Shown: in pieces, positions 56,478 to 64,000 of the stretch
Layout: every line of letters starts with the position of its first letter
Numbering within the stretch: position 1 is the first letter of the stretch
Origin: Verrucomicrobiota bacterium
GTDB lineage: Bacteria > Verrucomicrobiota > Verrucomicrobiia > JAWXBN01 > JAWXCD01
Direction of reading: 5' to 3'
Length of the DNA stretch: 64,000 nucleotides
NCBI GenBank assembly: GCA_034440535.1
Contig: JAWXCD010000084.1
Location: 5,353 to 69,352 of the forward strand
Position numbers and translations under genes: made by a program
The notes under the pieces: model-generated
What the model was told of the DNA's origin: nothing
The model's database searches: none
The model's input: only the letters and a program-made list of their open reading frames with translations

Positions 56478-56789
56478 TCAAGGTTTTGTCTCTTCTTCCA
56501 ATCTTTCACTCAGCCATTGTTTAATCATGCTCTGATAATTTAAATACCGCTGGCGCGCTATACGTTTTATCCGGGCTAACATCCTCGGATCTATGCGTAA
56601 AGAGATCGTAGTTGATTCCGTGGTATCCGATGTGACTAATGCTGTTTGCAATAAATTGGGATTCATGGAATGAACCATCCAAAACCTTGCTTCGTCCTCG
56701 TCGGAGGAGAATTCGGGAATACTTTCCCATGCTTCGAGAACTTTTATTTCAGTTTGGTCTGGGTTTCGAGGATTAAAGGCAGATGCCAT
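56478..56789 (-). CDS. brnA: BrnA-type (CopG/RHH-like) antitoxin
   Basis: 103 aa. The C-terminal 'ISLRIDPRMLARIKRIARQRYLNYQSMIKQWLSERL' matches the BrnA pattern. 1-nt TAATG overlap with the upstream toxin gene. Confidence 0.65.
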   Translation of the reverse strand: MASAFNPRNPDQTEIKVLEAWESIPEFSSDEDEARFWMVHSMNPNLLQTALVTSDTTESTTISLRIDPRMLARIKRIARQRYLNYQSMIKQWLSERLEEETKP

Positions 56790-57076
56790 TATGAATTTAA
56801 AGCCTGTTGGGCTTTCCTTTCATAAAAATACTGTTCGGCTTCAGTCATAATTCTACATATCAGAACTCTCATCAATTTCCCATTAGACCTATATACACTA
56901 AAAAAGTGCTTACCGTTAAGGGACTTACCTAAGCAAAGGTACCTTCCTTGCCGTGCAAATCGAGGGGAATCAGGAAGTATCCTTAAACTAAATGGATCCT
57001 CAAAGCTCTCCTCAACTTGGCGAGGATTCACAATTTCATCAAATTCGAAGGATGGATTTAACCAATCAAATTCCAT
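56789..57076 (-). CDS. brnT: BrnT-type (DUF497) toxin
   Basis: 95 aa. 'VEESFEDPFSLRILPDSP...GRYLCLGKSLNGKHFFSVYRSNGKLMRVLICRIMTEAEQYFYE' follows the DUF497 pattern. Toxin-first gene order, as in brnTA. Confidence 0.6.
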   Translation of the reverse strand: MEFDWLNPSFEFDEIVNPRQVEESFEDPFSLRILPDSPRFARQGRYLCLGKSLNGKHFFSVYRSNGKLMRVLICRIMTEAEQYFYERKAQQALNS

Positions 57077-57083
57077 GCTTCCT

Positions 57084-57620
57084 TTATTGCCAGTTGGTGA
57101 CCCAATCCTGAATGTTACTAGAATTTCCTACTGTACTTTGTAAATACGCGGTTAAATTTCCTGAATTCAAGGCGCTCCCCTTGGTGACAGGTGACCATAA
57201 ATCAAAACCCGTAAGATTGTGATTTGTGCCCGGGTAGGCATAACCATAAGGATTTTTTAATGGATCTAACAAAGCCCCACTGGTAGAAGACGAAAACATT
57301 GTTTCTCGAGGGGTGAAATAGATTTTTGTGGAAGTTTTGTTATTGAACCCGTTTGAAGAAGTACATAACAGGTAATAAAGTTCATTCCGTGATGTAAAGG
57401 TGTTTGTTGGGTAATCTCCTTCGTTATCCCGGTAAGCATCAAGGGCCTTGGAAACTTCTTGTAGCTCTACCCGGGCTCGTTCCGTAATTGCTTTCTGATT
57501 TGCAATTTGACTTAACCCAAAAGTAATAGCTGCCAATACCCCAATGATCGCAATTACAACAAGCATTTCTACCAAGGAGAAACCCCTCTGCTTGCCTTGA
57601 TTTAAATTTTGAGGTTTCAT
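57084..57620 (-). CDS. gspG: type II secretion major pseudopilin-like protein (GspG family)
   Basis: 178 aa. 'QRGFSLVEMLVVIAIIGVLAAI' followed by 'ERARVELQEVSKALDAYRDNEGDYP', a GspG-type helix. Confidence 0.75.
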   Translation of the reverse strand: MKPQNLNQGKQRGFSLVEMLVVIAIIGVLAAITFGLSQIANQKAITERARVELQEVSKALDAYRDNEGDYPTNTFTSRNELYYLLCTSSNGFNNKTSTKIYFTPRETMFSSSTSGALLDPLKNPYGYAYPGTNHNLTGFDLWSPVTKGSALNSGNLTAYLQSTVGNSSNIQDWVTNWQ

Positions 57621-57626
57621 TATATT

Positions 57627-58928
57627 TTAACCGGCTTGAAGTTCCTTAATGATCGAAAGGAGAGGTAGAAACAAGGCGATGACAATTGTCCCGACGATAA
57701 CAGCAAGAAAAACAATCATGATGGGCTCCAACAATGAGGTAAGAGCCGCCACTGCATTGTCGACTTCCTCGTCATAATTATCCGCAATTTTCATGAGCAT
57801 TTCGGGTAATTGTCCTGTTTCCTCGCCCACATCAATCATACTGATCACCATCGGTGGAAATACACCACTTGCTTCCAACGGTTGTACGACAGACTCACCT
57901 TCTTTAACACTGTCATGAACCTTTCCAATGGCATTGGACAAAACAATATTGCCCGCAGTTTCGCGAGTAATATTTAAGGCTTGCAGAATGGGAACACCAC
58001 TCGTCACGAGGGTGCCTAATGTACGCGTAAACCGAGAAATGGCTGTTTTGCTTACCAAATCGCCCACCACCGGCATTTTGAGTTGGAGCCTATCCAATGT
58101 TTCACGGCCACTGGCGGTAGCAGAAAACATTTTGAATCCGAAAATCAGCCCAATGACTGTCACCACTAATCCTGCTAAAAAAGGCAAACTTTTGAAGACG
58201 TTACTCACCCCTATAACCCCCTGGGTTAAGAGAGGAAGTTTCGAACCGGGGGGCAACAGCTCCGTGAAAATAAGCTGAAACTTCGGCACGATAAAAAGCA
58301 TCAAAAATGCAAGAATAAGGAGTGCAATGGTGAGCACCACAATCGGATAAACCATTGCAGAGATGACTTTACCCTTGATCTTTTGAGACTTCTCTTGGAA
58401 GTCAGCAAGTCGTGTTAGGACAACTTCTAAAACACCACCAAGCTCGCCAGCTTTAACCATGTTCACGTACAGTTTATTAAATACACTGGGATGTTGTGCT
58501 ATGGTCTCTGAAAATGTATTTCCGCCCTCGACGGATTCCCCTAGCTTTTTGAGGATGATTTTTAATCCGGGGCTACGCTCCTGTTTTTGGAGTACCTTAA
58601 GACTCCTAAGGAGTGGGAGTCCCGCAGAAATAAGCGTGGCCAATTGGCGTGTAAAAATAGAAAGGTTCTTCGATTTTACTTTTACGCCACCACCACCAAA
58701 CCCCGGTATGGCAAAAGATTTGCGTTCACTTCCAGACGACTGAACCATCGTAGCAGCAGACTTATTTAATACTCCAGATTTGCCATTCTTCCCGGATTCC
58801 GCCACCGCTGTTGGGAAAAAACCCTGTTGTTTAAGGGAGTTCAGGGCATTGGTTTCACTATCGGATTCCATGCTTCCCTTGACTTCCTTGCCTAGGGAAT
58901 CCATTGCTGTGTATGTGTATGTCGGCAT
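57627..58928 (-). CDS. gspF: type II secretion / type IV pilus platform protein (GspF/PilC family)
   Basis: 433 aa. 'MPTYTYTAMDSLGKEVKG' start, two T2SSF repeats and three TM segments. Confidence 0.88.
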   Translation of the reverse strand: MPTYTYTAMDSLGKEVKGSMESDSETNALNSLKQQGFFPTAVAESGKNGKSGVLNKSAATMVQSSGSERKSFAIPGFGGGGVKVKSKNLSIFTRQLATLISAGLPLLRSLKVLQKQERSPGLKIILKKLGESVEGGNTFSETIAQHPSVFNKLYVNMVKAGELGGVLEVVLTRLADFQEKSQKIKGKVISAMVYPIVVLTIALLILAFLMLFIVPKFQLIFTELLPPGSKLPLLTQGVIGVSNVFKSLPFLAGLVVTVIGLIFGFKMFSATASGRETLDRLQLKMPVVGDLVSKTAISRFTRTLGTLVTSGVPILQALNITRETAGNIVLSNAIGKVHDSVKEGESVVQPLEASGVFPPMVISMIDVGEETGQLPEMLMKIADNYDEEVDNAVAALTSLLEPIMIVFLAVIVGTIVIALFLPLLSIIKELQAG

Positions 58929-59018
58929 TGCCTAGTCGTTAGTAATATGAAAATGGCAAACGCAACTGTTTGCAACTTTATTAAACTTAACGCACCTTTG
59001 AATTAAATCGAGATGCAC

Positions 59019-62000
59019 CTATCTCACGGTTTTTTTCAGCTTTTTTTTCAGCTTCGCGTCTTCATCTTGCGTTTGAAATACTAAACTATTCGCAAAATCT
59101 TCGTCGGCTGAAATATCGAAACTTGAGTATGACGCCAGCACCATTTGCTGTTTGCCTTGGCCAATAAGTCCTGAACTTGAGCCGGAAATCCCGTAGTATG
59201 AAAGCCCACTCCCAATTGCCAACCCCGGAGTCATCTCAAGCTGACTTTCATCCTTCGGCTGCAGGTACGAAAATGTTGTATTAACCGAATCACCAATCCG
59301 CAAGGCTTGAATGATCGGATCGATTGAAACTGTAAACACCGATGACGATGTAGTCGTACTTGTATTACCACCGGAACCACCACCAGAAACTATCGCAGGC
59401 CCACCCCCACCACCTGGAACCACCGCAGCAAGGCCAGTGATATCCACAGTCGCACTTTGAGGCGCGGGTAAAGTTTGCGCCACGCCGTTAACCGATACCG
59501 CACTGAATTGATTACCAGCGTTGTTCAGGATAAAGAAATTTCCCGCCCCTGAAGTTAAGGAAGTAGCGCCAAACACCGTCATGGCCCCCGTTTGCGTAAA
59601 ATCTCCTGCTAAAGCTGAACTCGTAGCGCTCAGAGCTCCAGCAATAGTTGATGCCCCGAAGTCTAGGTCATCCACATCCTGAACTGACACGTCATAAGCC
59701 GCGGTAACTGCCAATGTTCCAAAATCGTTGGCTGGGTTCGCCAAAGTAACGTTATACCCTGGAGCATTTACTGTGATGATGTTTGGAACAGTGAGCACTC
59801 CTGACTGCGTGATAGACCCCGTGGTGTTTATCGTAAGATTTTGCGCCACAGTTGAGGCTCCAAGGTCTATGGCATTTGAATCAGTGAATGAAGCACTATC
59901 CGCAGAAGTAACAATAACGGTGCTGAAATTGTTACCTGCGTTATTTAAAACAATGCTATTAGCCGCTCCTGCGTTAAATGTCGAAGTCCCTGTTACCGCG
60001 GCTACCCCCGTTTGAGTGACTGCACCATTGGCCGTTAAATCAAAAGCCCCAGCAATAGCCGAGGTCCCAAGAACCACATCGTCGGCATCAACAACTGTCA
60101 CCGCATTTCCTGTGAGAGCCAAAGTGCCGAAATCATTGGCGGCATCATCTACGGTTATGTTGTTTGCTCCGGCATTGAGTGTAGTCGTTCCCGCAACGTT
60201 TAAAGTGCCACTATCCGTTATTGCCCCACCTGAAAGGATAGTAAGGTTGCCCGTCACCGTTAAACCAGTCAGATCTACAGCTGTTGTATCTGTTATAGAG
60301 ACATTCGCTAATCCCGCAGGTCCTATGTTCAGAACCCCTGTAAATGTGTTTCCGACCGTATCTAATACAATGGACCCGCCCGCAGTACCCGTAAGAGTTG
60401 TCGTCCCCGTTACAATTTGAATTCCACTATCCGTCATTGAACCGGCAGTAATATTCAAATTTCCAGCAATTGTGGATGCGGCCAAATTGATATTATTGGC
60501 GACATTGTTAATGGTCACGTTATTAGCCGAGACAATACCTAACCCCGCTATGTTATTCCCAAAATCCAGTATAACGTCATTGACTCCTGCTGTGAAAGTG
60601 GCCGTTCCTCCGACTGTTAGCATCGCGGAGTCAGTAACACCTGCCGCCGTCACTGCCAGATTTCCTGTAATGGTCATCCCTGTCAGATCAATCGCTGTGG
60701 TATCAACTAAGGTGACATCTGATAACCCAACAGGACTCACTGTGACTGTTCCGGTAAATGTGTTACCAGCGGAATTGAGCGATACACTTGATCCCGCAAA
60801 GCCTGTGATAGATGTGTTTCCCGCAACAAGCAGGTTACCAGAATCAGTAATAGCTCCCCCGGCGGTTATTGTGAGGTTTCCACTCACTGTTGAACCACCC
60901 AAGTCTAAGGCATTGGAGTCAACCAGAATCACATTGTTACCTGTAACGATAGAAACAGCACCTCCAAAATTGTTACCAGCATTCGAAAGAGTAATGTTAT
61001 TACCTACACCAGCAGTAATTGATGTAGCACCCGTTACCGTTAGTGCTGCAGTTTGTGTCACAGCGCCGTTATCGACGAGAGCCAAACTACCGAAACTTGA
61101 AGCCCCGGTAAAGGCAGTAGGACCGTTGTTATTAATAAAAGCGTCGCCCGAAATAGCACTCGCCCCAATATTATTTACTAAAATGTTAACATTGTTTGCA
61201 AGTGTTCCGACAGTCGTAGCTGACCCAAAAGAAATCGTCCCTAAAGCACCACCCACCTGCATATCTAAGCTGGAGGCTCCTGGGGAAGTAATAGCTCCTC
61301 CCGTTGAAACACTTAATGTCTTATTATCGTTTAGCGTCAGAGATGTTCCAGCCGCAAAATTAAACGTGAGCGCACTTGTTCCGCCTTCGAGTGTTAAATG
61401 ATAATTTTCAGCAAATAAATTTATGGCCCCCACAGAACCTAAGCTCATGGTTCCCGAACCATCAGTGCGACCGATTGTTACGGTTCCGGTTGATGCCAGA
61501 ATTTGAAGTTCAGCAGCAGTGAGACTGAATGTTCCTGTCGCATCATTTAAAGCCAACGTTGTCGTCGTGGTAAATGGTTGAAGCGTAATTCCTCCGTTAC
61601 CCGTGATGACGCCACCCAAAGCAATCGTATCTGAGGTAACTTTGACCTGCGCAGTTCCTGCATTCACCGTTCCTGCAGCGGTATTAGAAAAGTCATTTCC
61701 TTGCGCGCTGATATTGATGTTATTATTACCACTACTCACGGCTCCAACCACTGCCAATGATCGACTGTCTTGAAGATTGATTTGACCTGTGGTGGTCGAA
61801 GTTCCCAGACGGGCCACTGAAAGGGTTAATGGGTCCGTAGTTGTTCCCACACTTGTCGCAGAAGTAAGGCGAACCGTTCCTAACGTTCCACCAATGGTGA
61901 TATCCGTTGCTCCTCCGGGGGAGGTAATGGCTCCACCATTGGCGAAAGTAAATGTTCTATCATTTGAAAGAGTTAAAGCGCCTCTCATTTCGACAGGACT

Positions 62001-64000
62001 TGATAAACCTCTCAAAGTTAAGTTGTAACTCTCGGCTGACAAGTCCGCAGATCCCACGAAAATGCTGCCCGTGCCGTCAGCGCGACCTATTATGACCGTT
62101 CCAGTTGATGAAACAAAAGAAGTGAGTTCATCACTTGTTACATTGAATATGGAAGAGGTATCGTTGATTCCAATAGTGGATGTAGGGGCATAAGGTTGAA
62201 GTATAATATTGCCGTTTGCTGTTAGAGGCTGATTTAAAACAAGATCAGGGCCGGTCAGGCTTATACTCGCAGAACCAACATTAAGGGCGGAATTAATCAA
62301 AATAGATCCTGCCGCTGTCGTGAGGTTTATATCGCCGTTCGAGGTAGTTATCCCCGACACCGAACCAACGGTTCCTACTGAAAACCCATCAGCATCTGAA
62401 AACGTAAATGGCACGCCACTGTTGAGAGATGAACCCGCAATTGTGTCGACATCATGAAGGTTATCCATGGTGACACCTTTAAATGCGGTTAGAAGCAGAC
62501 TACTCACGGTTAATACGGCTCCATCTGCGTCGGTAATTGTATCTCCAGAAATAACTTCTAGGGCGTTAAAATTGGCAGGTGTTACGGTTGAATCGAAACT
62601 TGTCGCTCCATTTCCATTATAACCTAATATTAATCGGTCGGCAAATACATGATCCATTTCAGCCTGAGTTACTCCCATAGCAGCAACCGTATCATCGGCA
62701 CCGATAAGGAGGGGTCTCCCAGTACTAATGTCAAAAGGATTAACATGTGCAGTAGCTCTTGAACCCCCTACTCCCGGATCTGAAAAAGTAACTATTGGAG
62801 GAGATGTGTAACCTTCCCCCCCACTACCTATTGATATTGAGCTCACTAAGAAAAAAGATCCAAATGGTGATACACCGATTCCAAGGGTAAATCCAGTGCC
62901 GGTCCCATGAGCAATTGACGCGCCTATTATTGGTGTTGAATAAACACCACTTGAATCTAATACTATTGCGAGAATTACGCCTCCTGGAGTTTTATTTCTT
63001 AAAGTTACTGTCCCAGTTGACCCAGTATTTTGGGCCATTAAATCCCCCAATAGCGCCAAAGCATCGGCCTTTATGAGAATCGAATCGTCTCCTTTAACAA
63101 TGGATCCAGCACTTATACTAACGATATCGGATGAAATAGTGATACCCGCATTTCCTTGTATTTTTGCGTTAGGAGCTAGTGTTACGGTCCCGCCAGCAAC
63201 AGAAGTATCAAGGGAAATAGTACTATTATTAGCGTCCAAGTCATAAACTCGAGATGTGTCAGAAATCGTTAAATTCCCCATCGTTTCACTAATAGAAAGA
63301 GAACCTGTCGTGCTAATACCCTCTATTCCAGCGACCGTACCTATTGTTAAGCCCGATGCCATAGCGTTACCAACAGAAATGCCGTCAGAACTGGCCGAAC
63401 GGACCGCAAGATTACTTACTTTAGTTAGCGGGGAGATAGCATCCCCAAGTGTGACTTGGGTTGCAGCATCTATAGCCAAACTCTCTACTGTTAGCGTTTC
63501 GTCTCCCACCTGTCGCGAAAAGTTTCCACCCGAGACAATTTTTAAAACATCGACTTTTGCATTATTGAAAACAAGGTCATCCTGAAGCTGCACCCTCGTT
63601 GTGCTACTATCGCCGATGGTAAGTAGATTGTTTGCTGTTACAAAGTCCAACTCCGTCTGACTAATAGAATAACGTCCACTCCCTGCGGCAATAGAGCCAA
63701 GATCTAAAGCGACCCCATTTGCAGTTTGTAAAGTCACGTCTCCCGTTGTCGTCACAGCGGCAAGAATATTGATATCGTCTGAAGCAAGAGTGATGGACGA
63801 CCCCATTGAGCCAGTAATAGCGTCTGTTATGGTTAACAATCCGAGGGATGTGCCTACCCGAATATCTACCAGACCACCGTTTTGCATGGCAATACCAACT
63901 AGGCCTGCCGCTAGACCTTGGGAAGCTCCGTCAATATTATTAATGTTTAAATTGGCGCTAGGAGAACTTAAATATAAACCACCACTCTGGGCACGAGCAC
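59019..64000 (-). CDS. giant T/G/N/A-rich beta-helix-type repeat protein (adhesin/exoprotein-like), 5' end beyond the window
   Basis: The ORF track gives 59019..63887 (1622 aa). The frame stays open upstream of that Met to nt 64000 (...ARAQSGGLYLSSPSANLNINNIDGASQGLAAGLVGIA-MQNGG), so the gene is N-terminally truncated here. It contains ~190-aa and ~75-aa tandem repeats, a GGGGP/S-T linker, and a ~170-aa non-repeat C-terminal domain ending KLKKKLKKTVR. Confidence 0.8.
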   Translation of the reverse strand, partial: ARAQSGGLYLSSPSANLNINNIDGASQGLAAGLVGIAMQNGGLVDIRVGTSLGLLTITDAITGSMGSSITLASDDINILAAVTTTGDVTLQTANGVALDLGSIAAGSGRYSISQTELDFVTANNLLTIGDSSTTRVQLQDDLVFNNAKVDVLKIVSGGNFSRQVGDETLTVESLAIDAATQVTLGDAISPLTKVSNLAVRSASSDGISVGNAMASGLTIGTVAGIEGISTTGSLSISETMGNLTISDTSRVYDLDANNSTISLDTSVAGGTVTLAPNAKIQGNAGITISSDIVSISAGSIVKGDDSILIKADALALLGDLMAQNTGSTGTVTLRNKTPGGVILAIVLDSSGVYSTPIIGASIAHGTGTGFTLGIGVSPFGSFFLVSSISIGSGGEGYTSPPIVTFSDPGVGGSRATAHVNPFDISTGRPLLIGADDTVAAMGVTQAEMDHVFADRLILGYNGNGATSFDSTVTPANFNALEVISGDTITDADGAVLTVSSLLLTAFKGVTMDNLHDVDTIAGSSLNSGVPFTFSDADGFSVGTVGSVSGITTSNGDINLTTAAGSILINSALNVGSASISLTGPDLVLNQPLTANGNIILQPYAPTSTIGINDTSSIFNVTSDELTSFVSSTGTVIIGRADGTGSIFVGSADLSAESYNLTLRGLSSPVEMRGALTLSNDRTFTFANGGAITSPGGATDITIGGTLGTVRLTSATSVGTTTDPLTLSVARLGTSTTTGQINLQDSRSLAVVGAVSSGNNNINISAQGNDFSNTAAGTVNAGTAQVKVTSDTIALGGVITGNGGITLQPFTTTTTLALNDATGTFSLTAAELQILASTGTVTIGRTDGSGTMSLGSVGAINLFAENYHLTLEGGTSALTFNFAAGTSLTLNDNKTLSVSTGGAITSPGASSLDMQVGGALGTISFGSATTVGTLANNVNILVNNIGASAISGDAFINNNGPTAFTGASSFGSLALVDNGAVTQTAALTVTGATSITAGVGNNITLSNAGNNFGGAVSIVTGNNVILVDSNALDLGGSTVSGNLTITAGGAITDSGNLLVAGNTSITGFAGSSVSLNSAGNTFTGTVTVSPVGLSDVTLVDTTAIDLTGMTITGNLAVTAAGVTDSAMLTVGGTATFTAGVNDVILDFGNNIAGLGIVSANNVTINNVANNINLAASTIAGNLNITAGSMTDSGIQIVTGTTTLTGTAGGSIVLDTVGNTFTGVLNIGPAGLANVSITDTTAVDLTGLTVTGNLTILSGGAITDSGTLNVAGTTTLNAGANNITVDDAANDFGTLALTGNAVTVVDADDVVLGTSAIAGAFDLTANGAVTQTGVAAVTGTSTFNAGAANSIVLNNAGNNFSTVIVTSADSASFTDSNAIDLGASTVAQNLTINTTGSITQSGVLTVPNIITVNAPGYNVTLANPANDFGTLAVTAAYDVSVQDVDDLDFGASTIAGALSATSSALAGDFTQTGAMTVFGATSLTSGAGNFFILNNAGNQFSAVSVNGVAQTLPAPQSATVDITGLAAVVPGGGGGPAIVSGGGSGGNTSTTTSSSVFTVSIDPIIQALRIGDSVNTTFSYLQPKDESQLEMTPGLAIGSGLSYYGISGSSSGLIGQGKQQMVLASYSSFDISADEDFANSLVFQTQDEDAKLKKKLKKTVR

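Noticed and set aside
59728-63585. Long plus-strand ORFs (for example 60472..61401 at 309 aa, 60016..60420, 59728..60015, 63256..63585) inside the giant repeat gene
   Set aside because: They are antisense frames of a highly repetitive T/G/A/V-rich coding region that is naturally depleted of stop codons. Their P/V/A/T-rich translations mirror the sense repeats and have no independent start or RBS context.
59019-64000. The periodic nucleotide repeats as a CRISPR array or non-coding satellite
   Set aside because: The period (~225 nt and ~570 nt) is in-frame, divergent at the nucleotide level and conserved at the protein level. There is no short direct repeat plus unique spacer structure.

Overview
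A 64-kb chromosomal window with moderate GC. I found no rRNA, CRISPR array, integrase or transposase. Gene content suggests a PVC-group bacterium (Verrucomicrobiota or Kiritimatiellota-like). The basis is an LpxC-FabZ fusion, prepilin-type 'GFTLIELLVVIAIIGILA' proteins, and DUF2723/YfhO GT-C enzymes. This taxon call is inference only.

Most of the window is housekeeping:
- Amino acid and cofactor biosynthesis: ilvN-ilvC, a mixed hisF-hisI-trpE-trpG operon, bioD, argG, an aspartate aminotransferase, trpD, and a PHP-type histidinol phosphatase.
- Lipid and envelope synthesis: accA, lpxC/fabZ-lpxA, and an MsbA-like exporter.
- Other: a GH38 mannosidase and mazG.
- RNA genes: rnpB (RNase P RNA), tRNA-Met(CAT) and tRNA-Asp(GTC).

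Accessory or unusual content:
1. A small toxin-antitoxin islet lies between rnpB and trpG. It holds an NTase-like pair and two VapBC modules, and its roughly 1-kb units are each followed by a copy of the same imperfect palindromic element (integron-cassette-like layout).
2. An uncharacterised five-gene cluster (38.5-43.4 kb) encodes an HhH-Roadblock protein, a MotA/ExbB-type channel protein with a long coiled-coil tail, two ExbD/TolR-like proteins and one further bitopic protein. This is my best candidate for a novel system.
3. A GT-C-rich envelope glycosylation locus contains a DUF2723/TMEM260-like enzyme, a polyprenol-P-mannose synthase, a GT9 enzyme and a YfhO-like protein. It is flanked by an Rrf2 regulator, a PHP-GT4 fusion and a transglutaminase-TPR protein.
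4. A T2SS/pilus-like segment (gspF, gspG-like, a second pseudopilin) has a BrnT/BrnA module wedged inside it. It is preceded by a giant beta-helix-type repeat protein of more than 1,660 aa that runs off the right edge.

All functional calls come from motif recognition in the supplied translations. No database search was run.
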